64,000 nucleotides of DNA from Felis catus (lineage: Eukaryota): NCBI RefSeq assembly GCF_018350175.1, contig NC_058368.1:49044001-49108000 (forward strand). The letters are read 5' to 3'. The notes beneath the pieces are model-generated. The model saw only the letters and a list, made by a program, of their open reading frames with translations, had not been told where the DNA came from and did no database searches. Of the stretch, positions 1-14,561 are shown one piece after another; within the stretch, counting starts at the first letter, position 1; every line of letters starts with the position of its first letter. A program made the translations under genes and the position numbers.

Positions 1-2574
1 TCTTCTTGCGACCATTATCTTCTTACAGGTGTCGCATCCTTTTCAGAATCTGCCTGGTTTTGTTCGCTCTCTAGTGCATTCAGGTAAACACTTTTTCGTT
101 TTTCATGGTTATCTGAGGAAGGAGTCAATATGGTTTGGCCAATCTGGAAGCACAGGCATTGTTACCAAATGCTCTGCCCCTTCATAACATGAGCCTCTAT
201 TTTCCAAACTCTGGTATCAGTTTCCTGTCAACATCAGAGCACTAAGCTAGGCTCCACAGTTTAGGTTTTCCTACAGAAGCATCTCACTTTAGGGCATACA
301 TTTTTGTATTAATTAAGATAATACCAGACTGTCAGATAAGCTCCCTCAACTTGGTAGCTTAATACAATTTAAAAATTTTAGTTTTTCTCATGTAACAGCA
401 CAGTGTGGGTCTTCCTGTCGGGTGGCTTCCTTTGAAGTGATAAATCATGGACCCAGGCTGGTGCTTTCATGTAGATCCAGCATACTGAACATGTGTTCTG
501 GAAGGCTATCTCCATTCCAGCCAGCTGGTGAGGCAAAGCCATGGGAGACACCTGGAAGTGGTATGTCCTATTTCTGACCACATTCCAGTGCTTAAGACTC
601 AATCTCACGGTAAAATTTCACTGTAAGGAAAGGTGGGAGATGCAGTCCTTGTGTGTTACCAGGAGGAAAGAGGAATGGATTTGGACAAAAGATAGCCAGT
701 CTTTTATAAAACAGATGGATACTTTTTTATTGTTTATCCCAGTTTGTGTGCTTTAGCTTTTCAGTGGGATTTCTTCAACTACTGTTCACTCCAACTACTT
801 TTCACTGGCAGAGGTGATGGGGCCCAGAGAGGCACAATGTGTGTGTCAGTAGAATCACCAGTGAAGAACAGGGCTGGAGTGGAAGGGTCTGTGCCTGAGC
901 ATACCTCTGCATCGTGTGACGTTGAACAGATGTTTAGTAAAGCCATGGCTAACTACTGTGAGTTACACAGCTCCAAGAAGAAATGCAAAGGGGGTGGAAA
1001 GTGTGTATAAGGAAACCAAAATATGTGATTTCGGTTAAATATTCAATGTTTGGTTATTGTTGAGCGGATGAATCAGTGACTTATAGAAAAAATGACCTGG
1101 AGGGGAAGAATGAGCATCCTGGAAGGTGTATCCAGGCTGTGAACATGACTCATCATATTCTACTTTAAAGCCCAGGTCTGGAAGTGCCTTTTTCGTAGCC
1201 AGTATTGTTCTTGGCAAATGACCAAGTGACCAGCTTAAGTGTAGAAGTAGTAGTTCAGGCTGTTAGCAATTTATATACTCATAATTTCACATGGGTTGCT
1301 TTTAAAAGTAGCTGATAATGTTTCAGACTTTCTACAATTTGACTCCACCTGGCTGCTAAGTAACAAAATTACAAAATGGAAAACAATACATTCAGTTCAC
1401 TTTAACTAGGCAAAAGGGCAAAAAAACCCCCCCAAAAAACCCAACAAAAAAAAACCCTTAACTCCATACTGTTTATTATAACATCTGGAAAATCATGTCA
1501 AATTTTACTATCTTTTATGACATCAAAATGGTGACAGTAAAATGGAGAATGGAGACATTGAAAAGCTTATCTTATTTTGTAATTTGTAAAATAACCAATA
1601 CCCTTATGTCCTTCAGGTATTCAAATTAGAGGTTCTAATCAAATAGAACACATGCTATATCTCTAAGGAGATATAGATCCTATGACTGCATCTATTTTTC
1701 CCATTGTTTTTATGAGATTTGGAAAAATCCTGATGTACCTACAGGTCTTGTTAATGTGACTGTTACTTGGATTAGAAAGAAAACTTGTGATTTATGCTGT
1801 AAGATGCTCTATTGTCATCAATACTGAGGTACTTGCTTACAGCAAATAAACGTGTTGGCAATTGTGGGAAGTTGAATAAATGGTAGCTTCTGCTATTTGA
1901 AAAGTTCACAGTTAAAAGGAGACTTGAGAGAAATAGAAAGATATAAAATATTAATGTAAATTGTTGAACTATCAACTAACGATTATCCTAGAATAGACAG
2001 GGTCAGAGAAAGTACTGAAGGAATTGTGTCACTGAGTGCAAGGAGGGGAGAAAATATTGAACAGCAAAGAGTTTATAAGGAAAGAGAATTTTCAAAGTCT
2101 GTGGATACCAAGGTGAGCCTAACAGAAAAAAAAAAAAAAAGATATTCTGGAGAGAAACAGAAAGAGCATTGTTCTTGGTAGGATGAATCATTTAAGGACA
2201 AAAAAGCTTTGTAGAGTCCCTGGTACTTTTGGGAGAGCCCAAGAGAGGGGTAGGAGCAGTGAAGGTGGAATCCAAGAAGTGTCCTCACACAAGGTAAATT
2301 TTGAGGAAATAGGGACGTCGTGCTAGGGGGAGTGGTATAACTAAAATAAAGCCTAAGGAAGGAAAGAAGAGAAAATTGGACATTATTGCACACATTAGTA
2401 GATTATATGGAGAATTAGACCGAATGATCCTCTGTATGGCCTTAAGAAGATTATTATGTTGCTTGAAGCTCATAAGCACATCAGGGTTTAAATTTAGTGA
2501 ATGAAGTTATAATAAACAAACAAATAAACAAGCAAACACTTTCCCTTAATGATGTAATGGTTTGACGTCAGTTA

Positions 2575-2780
2575 GAATTAAGTTCAAATTTTGATCCTAT
2601 TCATTACCCAGTGCCTGGTTTGAGGTGAATTCCCTTAGTTTTACTGAGCCTTGGTTCCTCATCTCTGTAATGGGGATAAATAAAATTTCCTTTGCGGGGT
2701 TACTGAGAGCCGTAATGATTAAGTAAAGAACTTAGCAGGTGTTTGACATGTGAAAAAGCCTCAATAAGTGGTAGCACATT
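2575..2780 (+). mobile_element. MIR SINE (ancient)
   Basis: MIR core 'gagccttggttcctcatctctgtaatggggataa' followed by a 3' tail like 'ctcaataagtggtagc'. Confidence 0.75.
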
Positions 2781-4029
2781 CTTTTTATTAAAATGGTAGG
2801 AACCCTATGCCCAGGGGTAGAGTAACTGAATTAATTGGTGGGAGTTAGTCTTTGTGCAGTGGTGCCTTTCTGAGCTTTGTATCATGCATATAATTTGAAT
2901 AATGAAATATACTCTCACAAATAATTTAACCTCTTATGGCCCCTAACTCTTTATGGTTAAAAAAAATCTGAGTATAAATAAATAAATAGCTTAACTACTC
3001 CTTTGGTTTTTAGAGCTGGAGAATACGCCGGAGGGAGAGCCTAATTAAAGTCACTGGAGCCTTAACAACCAATCAATTATAGACAGAGAAGGAAGCAGGG
3101 GAAGAAAAAGAGGCGTGGGAGAGAAAGGAGGGGGGGAGAATCAGCCTTCTAAGAGTGATGCGTGAATTCCAAGATCATGGTCCAGTGGGCTGTGGAACAG
3201 CTTGTAATTTCTACCTCTACTTCTCCCAAGAGCAATAGTATCTCGGCACCTCACCTCCATCCCTGTAACTGGCAATTAATGCCATAAGAGAATATTTCCG
3301 CCAAGTTCTGATAATAAAAACAACTTAGCTTCTGATGATGTGCTATGGTTTACAAAACGCCTTCAGAACTATTATCTCACAGCAACTAGATAATACGTAG
3401 GACTGGTATCCCTCATAATTGTAAAAATTATCATGTATGGAGAACAAGGCAAATGAGAATGTTTAAAAACAGCAATGTTGTAGTGTCCTGAATATTTACC
3501 ATATCTTGGTCTATTTGTATTGTATATAAGGACCATCACATCCAATTTACAAGTCGAAAGAAATAGTACTGATGTTAAGTTTTCTATTTTTAAACATACT
3601 TCAGAGCATATTTCTCCTTTGCCTTCACTTCATTTAGTTTAGGAAAAAAAAAATCAAGAGCTAAGCACAATTATCTGAAGCCATTCAACAGCTGAGCTAG
3701 AATTCATTCCAAATTCTTGACTGCAATCTCATATTCATGACAGCAACCCTTCTCCTTAAGTTTGTTGTAAAATATGATACTCAACATGCTTTGGTCTGGG
3801 ACCTAACTGACATATGTAAGTGAAAGTAGAAAGATGTATAATAAGTGAAAGATAATGAAGGTATGATTGACACCTAGGATGGGAGAAAAAGGGGGGATGT
3901 GCTCCCCACCCTCTATGGGTTCATATACATCAGTTCCCCGCTACGTATTTTTCAGAATATTAGGAGATAGGCTACATACATCAAAGAGATAAGAAATGTA
4001 GGAACTATAATTTAAAAAACGTAAACAAA

Positions 4030-4200
4030 GTGTGACAACTTTTGGAAACTTGTTTAACCTCTTGGGCCCCATTTTCCTAACTTATAAAATAGGGATAATT
4101 ATAGTATCCATTAGAACAGATAATTCGAGTGTTTACTGCAGAGGGTTATGGTGCGGATTCAATAAACATTATGTGACCAACATTTGGATACTAGTAAAAA
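4030..4200 (+). mobile_element. MIR SINE fragment
   Basis: 'tttaacctcttgggccccattttcctaacttataaaatagggataattatagta' resembles the MIR core. Confidence 0.6.
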
Positions 4201-5651
4201 ATAAGAGTTAAATAAATTTTGCCTCTTCCTCTTCTTTTTACTATTACTATTATTATTTATTATTCTTTAATAAAAGAGACAATTAGGCACATGATAAGCC
4301 TAATCATTTGCTGCCTAATAATCCAAGTACTGGTATGCTCTGCTAGATTTATCATTATCTGCCAGTCATTCCCTCAGAATTAGCTTCTTTTAAAAGAATG
4401 AAACAATTACAAACATTCAGTAGCTATATCTTAGGCTTTTTTGTCAGAAGATAACAAGACCTCAGTCAGCTGTTTAGATATACATCCTGTGAAGTGTTTA
4501 GGAATCTCATTTTAAGTCTCTCATTATAAATTATCATGTTTATAGTCATTTTAATTCAATGATAATTGAAGACAACATACTAATCAACTATATAGCCTCC
4601 TGTTACTCTAGCTGATACTATAACCATATTTATGCTTAATCTTTTCATGTTCACATTAAGAACTAAAATGATGAATGCTTTTTTATTTGATGCTATAAGC
4701 ACAGGGTTATTTTGCACTATCTTTTGTTGGGTTATCTTCCACCATTGACCTGTTTGGCTTTTTAAAAAGCATGAAGGGATGCTTTTTGAAAATTTTCTTG
4801 GAGATTCTGAATTTGAATTCATAATGATTGCAAGCAAGTAATTTCTAAATATTACATGGAGATAGTTCTAAGTACTATGTACACAGCATAGTGACTGATT
4901 ATGGCAATTGCAAATTTAGGGGTCATTTGGTGGAAGCTGGAATGAGAAATCCATTTAGTGGTTGCAGGTCACTAATTGATACCTTTGTAGAAAACTTATT
5001 GCCAGGGAGGTTCTGAGAGCACAAGGAAATGTCCCCATTGTGAACACTATTCAAAGCATCTATTAATTAAGTGCTTGGAAAGCTTTGCTAACTCGGACAG
5101 GCCTCGAGACCTTCATTTTTGATCACTGACTTGGAAGCGTTGATTTCATTTCCTAATATGTTCATAAGGAAGCTGAATGGTTAAACCTGCATTATATTTC
5201 ATTCCTCAATAAAGAACCAGAAGGCAAAGCTGATTCAGGTAAAGTGTCTTTAGGGTGCCTGTTTAATAATATAATTAAAAGAACAACCAAGAAAAGCATC
5301 TGGCAGTCTTGAGTTTTACAGAACGTCAAAAAATATCACCCCGACCTGGTAGCAGCCACACCCTGTGATCTCTTCTAGTCCTCCTCACATTCACCTTTTC
5401 TGAAGCATCTGGCCGAGCGGACTGCCTCCTCTGTCCTAGTGCTCTCCTCCTGTGATAGTTTTCACACCTTGCACTTCTCTTGCACTTCTTTAGTTCGGTT
5501 TTCTTCTGCTCTGGTTCAGTTTCTTCTTTGGTGATTGATTCTATTTAGTCCTTGGCTTCTCATCTGCCACCCGTACCCCCATCCCATACATGTCCTAAAG
5601 ATTTGTTTTTGTGTGAATTTCCTCATCCCCTGTACTTCATTCCAGGGTGGG

Positions 5652-6037
5652 TGTAATGGGTTGAATGTTTGTGTCCCCTCAAACTCATATGTTAAATCCC
5701 TAACCCCCAATATGATAGTGTTTGGAGGTGGGGCACTTGGGAGATAATTAAGCTTAGATGAGGTCATCAGGGTGGTGGGGTCTCCCCGTGATGGGATTAG
5801 TGCCCTTACAAGAAAAGGACGACAGAGGCTTCTTACCAAGCATGCAAGAAGTCAGGTAAGCACATAGTGAGATGGTGGCCATCTGTAAGCTGAGACATAG
5901 GCCATCACCAGGAACAGAATCTGCTGCCACTTTACCTTGGAATTCCAGACTCCAAGACTGTGAGAAGTAACTGTATGTTGTTCAAGACATACATTGGTCT
6001 ATGGCATTTTGTTATAGCAGCCTGAGCTGACTAAGAT
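5652..6037 (+). mobile_element. MaLR solo LTR, MLT1A-like
   Basis: Starts 'tgtaatgggttgaatgtttgtgtcccctcaaa' and ends 'ttttgttatagcagcctgagctgactaaga', both typical MLT1A termini. Confidence 0.85.
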
Positions 6038-7209
6038 GGGAAGTAAATTGCATTCACTTCCAGCTTCAATAGTCAATGCGATGGGATGACTCCCCAGGAG
6101 AGAACACCACCCAGGCTTCCATTTCCAGCTGCTCTGTACTTTAGAGTCAACAGCCCTAAACAAGTCCTAGTAATTCCACTTCTCTGACTGGTTCCCTAAC
6201 TTGATTACTGGGCTCCTTCTAACCCAGGTTCAAAAGTCTGGATGCTGCTACAAATTTTATTCGTCTGATTCATTATCCTTTACTCTTATTACCCCATCTA
6301 ATCAGTTAGCAAAGATTATGGATTATGTAGGGGACTATAATGTGCAATGAACATGTAATGTTATATTCTACATCCTTGTAATACCACTTTTGAGTTCACA
6401 ACTTATTTATTCTGGTGATGGTGGTGGATGAGAGGGAGGTATTGAGAATACTTGAAATTGTCAGTTTAAGGTATATAATCTTTTCCTGTTTAAAGCAGTT
6501 CCTTCAAGTTCACAACAGTCTCTTTTGCAGAAGTGATCAGCTTTTCCATAGTTCATTCCTTTTCACTTTTGTAAGAAGTAGTCTTGATGTGACAGCACTA
6601 GTCTTTAAGAGTATCATCAAAATTCCCTTTTAACGGTTAAGGGCTCAACATTGCCTTTTTATTGCTTTTTCATTCCTACTATTATAATTCTAACAATTCC
6701 TAAGTCAAATGTCTGTCTCTGGCTGAAGAGGGGGAAAGTCATGTAAAAGTACGCTTAAGAGAAGAAAGCGTGTTAACACAACTCATAACATAACCCTGTT
6801 GAAATGATGTGCCTATGATGGCTCTTGAAGGCGATCCTCATTTCCATTCCTGCTTTTCTCTTGGACGTCAGTGAAATTCCTCACATTGTTTACTGTGGAT
6901 CCAGCCTCTCCCCCCAAATTCATCCTTCCCATTCTTACCCAGTTAATAGTCACAGTCTGTCACCACCCCACTCAGGTAGTTTCCAGAACCTGAGTGTTAT
7001 CCACACAGAAAACCCAGGCTTATTTGCATCAAAGCCAAGCCTTCCACAACCTCACCTTACACCCTCACGCCCAAGAAATGCACTCGTCTCACACTTCCAA
7101 TAATAGAGAGTATTCACTATTTCACACATGTGGAATCTGCATTCCTTACCCTGTACGTATTGACAGCGCTGTCCAGAATGAGTCTGTGCTCCCATAGCCA
7201 CCTCGTGAA

Positions 7210-7495
7210 ATTCTATAAATCCTTAAATGCTCAGCTCAAATGTCACTTTCTGCATTACTTCCAGATTTCCATCTCAGAAATGAGTTCCTTCCTCTGTTAC
7301 TTTCTCTAGGCTCGTTTTGTATTATTTTCCACAGTATATGTTGATTGCAATTAGTAGTGTATACATCTTCTTCTTTAAGTTTTGATATTTAACTTCCTTC
7401 AGGGTAAGAGTCAGGGCAGATTTATATTTGGCATCACACAGAGTACCTAGAAATATCAGGCCCTCAATGACTGTGAGCTGAATTGAACAATAAAA
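7210..7495 (+). mobile_element. L2 LINE 3' fragment
   Basis: 'ctcagctcaaatgtcact' and 3' end 'ccctcaatgactgtgagctgaattgaa' resemble L2. Confidence 0.6.
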
Positions 7496-9448
7496 ATGTT
7501 GGAGATAATAAAAGTCAAATTGTTGCATTTTATTATCCCTAGTACATTGAATCTATACCCTGGAGACTACATGGCTGGCACATTTTGTATTCCTTAAAAT
7601 TATGCTTTCAATTCCCAGGAGTCTCTTAGATAAATAGAAAAATATTTATTTTTTTCTTAATGGAATAAATATAATGCCTTTATCAGTGAGATTAATAATG
7701 TCATTTCAGACTCCAAAGAAGTAACTTTGAAAACCTTGCCAAAATCTATCATGCTTTCTTTTTTTCTCATTGAGCTTCAAATTTGGGCTCTTGCTAAAAA
7801 AGCTAAAAGCAAATAATTTTTCCCTTCAGATAGATTTTAGGAATACAACGAAATTCAGGTGGCCACTCCAAGCAAACTAGCTGACAGCAATGAAGAAGTC
7901 CCAGACAGAGCGGTTATTTCATTTTTGAGTTCAAGTGGCAGAGCAGTTACTGTATTATGTGAATCCTAAATTGGCATCTGGCAGCAAACAAGAATCGCTT
8001 GCAGGAAATAATATCCTTCATTTTCCTAAATGCCAGTCACCTCTGGGATTCAGTCTAAGTCCCTACTTTTATCTCTCCACAAGCAGGCCCCTCCCCCTTT
8101 CTTTTTCTAGGGCATAATAATGATGCTATGTATTATGCATTATGCCTTAAGGAAACTGAAGACTAGTAACACAGGCTATCATTAGCTCTCACCACTTCAG
8201 GATTGTTCCCAATAAAGTCTATAATCACCTGGGATGCAGCTGAACCAGGTAAGGTAGGAAAAATGGCTACTATAAAGCTGAAAATTATGATGCTCTTTGA
8301 GGAGACACATAAAGCACCCACCTATTTTATCAACTTATTTTTCAAAGCCTCTCTTTAGATGTTCAGTGACTTTCTTAAAAGAGTGATTTGCTCTCATTGA
8401 AAGAAAAAAAAAGTTTCCAAGCCTTCTGGTTGCAAAGATAGGCCCTTTTACTGTAAATCAATGTGTTGCTGTCTTGTTTGCTTTGGTGCAAGAAAGATGG
8501 GCACAGCCCAGAACCAATGGTGCTGCGTCCTCGCCTCATTTATCTTGTGGCTCCCTTACCAGAGCAGCCCTGTTTTAACCATGTCACTTCCCCTTTGCTG
8601 CCATTGTTACAGGGGCTCTGAAAACTGATACTTAAAGGTATAGAATGAGGTTATCTAATTTTCCTGGATGTCATGTGCAAAGATTGAATTAGCTACAGGT
8701 TCTCAGTTGCTGGCACTCTACCTTTATTTGTCCACCCAAACTCCTTCCTTGTCATTATTTTAGTTGCATTTTAATTTATCTATTTCCTTTTGGCCCCATT
8801 TCTCACACTCACCCCTTCCCCTTCTCTAGGCACATTAACACCCTTCTAACATGTTAGTCACATAGCTGTTTTTATATGTTCCTGTGAAACGTATTGTTAT
8901 GTTGTGTGCATGAAATTTAACTTTACATGGATGACACTGCAGTAAAGATCTCCTGTTATTTTTTCGCACAGAGTTATGCTTCTAATATCTTTCCATGTTT
9001 TTCTGTGTACATTTACTCATTACTTCTAAGGTCCTTTGTATTCTACTGATGCCAACTAATCCCACTGAGAGATACTTTGACTCCAATTCCCTGTCAACAC
9101 AAAATATGCTGCAATAAAATTGCTACAAGAGCTTGTTTTGAGGATAGGTTGGGTATGTATAAGTGAAATTCCTTAGTACTGAGATTACTGGATCATAGGG
9201 TATGCATATATGTAATTCACCAGGAATTGATGAAAGATTCCATATATTTTTCTTGAGTTATTTGATATTTTATAGTTTTGTTGCTATAGTGAATGACATA
9301 CTTTTAAATCTATTTTCTAGATTACTTCTGGTACAAAGAAATGCTATTGGTTTCTATTAGTTTATCTGCAGTTACTTTGCTGAGGTCTGAGGTCTCATTA
9401 TTTCAAATATTTTGTTGATTATGGTTTTCTTCCACCTAAAGATGATAG

Positions 9449-9630
9449 GTTGCACCTGGGTGGCTCAGTTGGTTGAGCATCTGACTCTTGATTTTGGCTC
9501 AAGTCATGATTCCAGGGCTGTGGGATCGAGTCCCGTGTTAGGCTCCACATGGAACCTGCTTTGTCTCTCCTTCTGCCCCTCTCCCCTACTCCGTGCTCTC
9601 TCTTAAAAAACTTTTTTTTTAATTTAAAAA
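9449..9630 (+). mobile_element. Carnivore tRNA-derived SINE (SINEC)
   Basis: 'gcacctgggtggctcagttggttgagcatctgactcttg' A-box head, CT tract, A/T tail; TSD-like aaa(g/a)atgatag on both sides. Confidence 0.92.
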
Positions 9631-10398
9631 TGATAGTTTCATCAATTTATGCCATTTCTTACATCTCATTTGTTTTCTGGAACTTTTAGTGCTGGCTAGA
9701 ATCTTTAATACTAAGTCAAACAGTAGTACTGAAAGAGATATCTTGTCTTTCTGTATCAAAAATATTTGTAATAGGCTTTTATTATATAGTCTTTATGAAC
9801 TTATGGAAAGACAATTTTATTTAATATTTTCCATGGGTTTGGGTTTTTAAATAATTATGTTAGTGTTGAATTTTATCATATGCATTTTGTGTATTCATAT
9901 GATTAATAAGTATTTTTCTTCTCTAGTTATTATGGCAAATTATTACATTTTTTGCTGCTGAACTATCCTTGGATCTTTGTACTAATTAATCCTGATCATA
10001 TGCATTTAAAATTTTTCTTATGAAATCAGTGTTTCATTTAACATGTTTACACTTGCATTTGTAAGTAAGATGGGGCTATAATTTTATTTTCTTTGATTTC
10101 CCTTACCTGGTTTTAGAATCAAGATTTCATCAGACCTTCACAGTTAGTGAGGTAACTCTAATTCTTTTTAATTACTTTTCCCTCATTTCTGGAATAACTT
10201 GTATATGATAGGAGTTAAATATGCCTTAAGATGTTGGCAGAATTATCTACAAAACCATAAAGGTTTGGACTTTTGGTGAAGAGCATATCTTTGCCAATCA
10301 TAATGCTTTTTGGCTTATTCAATTTTGCTATTTTTTCTTGTTTCAGTTTTTTTTTTTTTTTAATCTACTTGATCTGCTTTTTAAAACATAATTGTCTA

Positions 10399-10625
10399 GG
10401 AATGCCTGGGTGGCTCAGTTGCTTAAGTGTCTGACTATGTTGGCTCAGGTCATGATCTCATGGTTTGTGAGTTTGAGCCCCTCCCCCCCCCCCCCCCCCC
10501 CCCCGCTCCGATTTCTGGGGGCGGTGCAAAGCCTGCTTGAGATTCTTTCTCTCCCTCTCTCTCTCTCTCTGCCCCTCCCCTGCTTTCTCTGTCTTTCTCT
10601 CTCTCAAAATAAACTAAAAAAAAAA
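10399..10625 (+). mobile_element. Carnivore SINE (SINEC) with internal poly-C expansion
   Basis: 'gcctgggtggctcagttgcttaagtgtctgact' head, (CT)n, 'caaaataaactaaaaaaa' tail. Confidence 0.92.
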
Positions 10626-13329
10626 TATTGTTTACATTATTCTCTGACTAGTTTTCTACCTCTGTTAGTCTGTCGTTATTTCATCATTATTATTCTATAC
10701 TTTTATTTGTAAATTCTTTTATCTTTTACCACTTAAAAAAAACCCTTTACGTTATTAAACTTTTCAAGAATCAATCCCTGATTTTGTTAATATTCTTTGG
10801 TTTGTTCTGTATCTTACTAATCTTACTGTCATCTTATTATCTTTTTTCTTTGAGTTTACGCTCTTGCTCAGTTTCTATCCTTTTTTAATTTACTGATAAA
10901 TTTATTTGGAATTAAACTTTGTTGTAATTAAAGCTTTAACATCATTTTTATCTCACAATTTTTGTCCGTTAGCATTTTCATTGATATCCAGTTCTAAGCA
11001 TTTTTTAGTTTCCCTTTATAATTTCCTTTTTAATCTAATGGTAATTAAATGAAATGGTAGTTTTCAACTATATAGAATAGTTGTTAATATTTAATATTAT
11101 TGAATTATAAGCAGAGAACATAGTTTGCATGACATTGATTCCTTGGAATAAACTGAAGCTTTCTCTATATGGACTTTTTACTTTATTTTCTATGTGTGTG
11201 TATAAAATAAGCATACTCTTTCTCTCCTTTTTCTTTTGATTGAACAGTTTTATATTATCCAATAGCCTGGTGTATTAATTGATTTGCTCAGATATTTGAT
11301 ACTGCTGTTTATTTTTGTCTGCTTGACCTATAGATTTCAAAGGCTATATTAAAAGGTAAATTTATGAGATTAGTCAATTTCTCCCTGAAATTCTGTCAAT
11401 TGTTTCTTTACAGTTTAAATTATATTATGTACCTGTATACTTTATATTCCTGGTCTGTCTTTCCACTTACCAGTTTATAACCTCCCTTTTTGGCTCTTAA
11501 AATAATTTTCTCCTTAACTGGTAAGGTTGCTACAAAAGATCTTTTTGGTTCACATTTACCTGGCATATTCTTTTTCAAATTTACATTTTCAATCTTTCTT
11601 TGCCCTTCATTTTCAGTGTGTCCACTGCAGAAAGCATACTATAGAATCTTAAAGAAAAAAAAAAAACACCTGTATTCTTTGTCTTTTAACTAATGATCAT
11701 AAACTATCTGTATCAAAAAATTTATCTGAAGACTCATTTTTGCTATTTTTTCATATTTTCTACTGTTGCACATTTTTTTCCTCTTTCCTGCTTTTCATTG
11801 GGTCAATCAAGTTTTCTTTTTAAAGAATTATACATTAAACTTTGTTTTTATTGTAGTTGCCTTTAAGTTCCACACTCATGTTTCTTCACACATGTTAATT
11901 CCTTAAACATATGAATGCTTAGGTACCTCTATTTATATAATACATACATTTCAGCACAATCTCTCCTGCATGATTTTTGTCTGCCTGTGTTGCCATTTTC
12001 TAGAATTTTGATTCAAAGTTTCTAAGAATTTCTATTATCTTTTTTTTTTTAACCTCTGCTTTCTTTGACAACAATGTTTGCATTGGGATTTGGGGGTATT
12101 TTATCATCCTTATTTCCTTTATCTCCTCCAACAACCTCCAACATTTATTTCCCTTCTCATTTCATTATTTCCTGCAAAAGCATTTTTAAAGTGAGCTGTG
12201 TAGTGGCAAATCTTTTGAAGACTAATTTGCCGGGATCTATTTTATTATACCCTTCCATTTAGGTAATAATTTGGCTGCACATCAAGTTCTAGTTTCAAAA
12301 TTATTGTACTCTAAAATACTACGCCATTGCCCTTTTAATCTACAATTCTTACTGAAATGCATGATATCAGTATGATTCTGTTTTGAGAAACTACTCTTTC
12401 TCTTTGGAACTTAAATGTTTTCACTTTGGTATTTCTTAACATCACTGTCTTGGATCTAAGCGCGAGGCCTTCTTTTTGGCACTTCATGAGTACTTCCAAA
12501 CGCAGGTCTTTCATTCTTCAATCTGGGAATTTCTGATAGTGTTTCATTCTATCCATTCTTTTCTTCTCCTAGGAGTATTTAATTTCTAGATTTGGCAATT
12601 TTATGTATATCTCTGTGATTATTTTCAATGTTTTCTCTCTTTTTTTCTTTGCTCCTGTCATCAGACAGTTCCCCATTTTGATATTCCAGCTTGCTAATTA
12701 TCCTACCTGTGGGTTCATCCTGCTGTTTTCCCACTCAACATGTTTCATAATTTTTCCATCCTATTTTTTTATACTTACTACTACATTACATGGTTCTCTT
12801 TTAAAAATAACTTCTTTTCTCTGTTTTATATATGAAAATGCTATATATGCTATCACATTATCATATTATGTATGTTGAATACCTCCCCTTATCTTTTAAG
12901 TGTATTTACCACATTTCAGTATATCGTACCTTGTATTTTGGAGGAAGGGGAGGGGATGAGCCGTAGCAGAGAGAATTCAAATACCACAGAATCACTGTTG
13001 AACAGTCTGATTTGCTAATTTTGGTCAGGTAATACCTCTTAAAAATGGGTAGCAATATAGAAGTACTGTTTGGTTATGTTCTACCAAACCTGGGTTGCGG
13101 GTGCTGGGGATGGCGGGGTGAGGGTTTGATCTGGAGCTGGTACTGAATGTATGTGGGCAGCTGGTCAACCTGCACCAGTCTAAATCAACGCTACATCCCA
13201 GTGGGGCTTCTGATGTTACACCTTCAGTGATTCTACCAGGCCAGCAAGACAGATACAAGAGCAGAAAAATAAATAAAAGGTGTAGTTTCACGTAATGAAA
13301 TAAATCTCAGAGAAAGTAGATTATTAAAG

Positions 13330-13680
13330 GACTTTAGAAATGACGGTCATCGAAAGCTTCTCTGAGAAGGTAACATTTGAAATGAAGCCACAAGAAGAAG
13401 AAAAAGCCAATAATGTGGAACTCTTACAGGAACAGGTTTCAGGTTGAGGGAAGAACACGTGGTAAGTCCCTGTGATGAGAAGAAACTTTTCATATTCAGG
13501 GGATGTTGGAGCACAGTTAGTAAGCAGGAGATGTGAAAATGAGTTTTCAAGCTATTCAGAAGCAAGACCAAGATAGGGTTTTAAGTGTCAGGGCATAAAG
13601 TTTCAGTCTTATTCAAAGTACAAATGGAAGCCACTGAAGGGTTTTAGGAGGTCTTGGCAAACCATGATGGTGTCTGAAGC
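13330..13680 (-). mobile_element. L2 LINE fragment
   Basis: 'gcttctctgagaaggtaacatttgaaatga' and 'aatggaagccactgaagggttttag' are typical antisense L2 motifs. Confidence 0.7.
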
Positions 13681-14561
13681 AGGCTGGTTACAATGAAGAT
13701 GAAAGAAAGGGCAGCCGTTTAAAATATAATTGTCGAATACAGTTTCTAGCATAAAATATTTATTCACATCATCTTTCATGATTTCTTTTTTTTTTCAGCT
13801 TCATTTTGTTCTGGAAAATTAAATCAATGTCTTCAGCATTTCAGACTGCTGATGTTTAATCTAGATGTTCTTTCATTATTGTCTGCCTGTCTGTCTTTCT
13901 AAAATCTTTATACATCACATCACCCTGATGATAAATGATTTACATTGAACTCTCAATGTTTCTCAACTTCATGTATGCATTCAGGCATAGAACATAAATA
14001 TTTTAATCAGGTAAAGGACTGAATTTCTTCGAGTTCAGAAGGCTCTCCCTTTATTCATCATAGACCTTCTCACAGTTCACATAGTCGCATGGTTTTCGTC
14101 ATTGCTCTCAATCCTATACCACCTTTCTTGACTCTACTTCACCTCAAGAAATGGACATAATGCCTCTTTTGGCAGCTCCCAGTGTAAAAAAGACTTTTTA
14201 CCAAAAGAGAATTATGATGCCAAAGTGGATAGTTATATGTGCATCAGACATCAGGGTTCCTAAAGTCAATAAGCACACTCTATCACAGAGAATCCCTAAA
14301 GGGTAGTTGCTTGAGATCTGTGGGCTAGCCAATAATGCCAGTCATTTTCCATAATGAGTCAAACTAAAAGACCATTCTGGTCCTTTCCAAAACAGGGTCA
14401 TGTTCCATGGTGGTGTTCTGCACCTTCTACTAGTAACAGCTAACAATTTTAAATACAGTCATTTTGCTAAAATAATTAAAATTCTTCACTAGGCAACACT
14501 GTACGCTGAGATTTTTAAAAAATGGGACTATACTATACATGCTCTTTTATCTTCTGCTTTT

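Larger units (their letters stand above)
8750..12900 (-). mobile_element. Old, highly decayed LINE-1 (L1M-type), antisense, interrupted by two SINEs
   Basis: T-rich + strand. Reverse complements of L1 ORF2/3' motifs, e.g. 'gagattactggatcatagggtatg' and 'aagaaatgctattggtttcta...ctgcagttactttgctgag'. Boundaries approximate. Confidence 0.7.
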
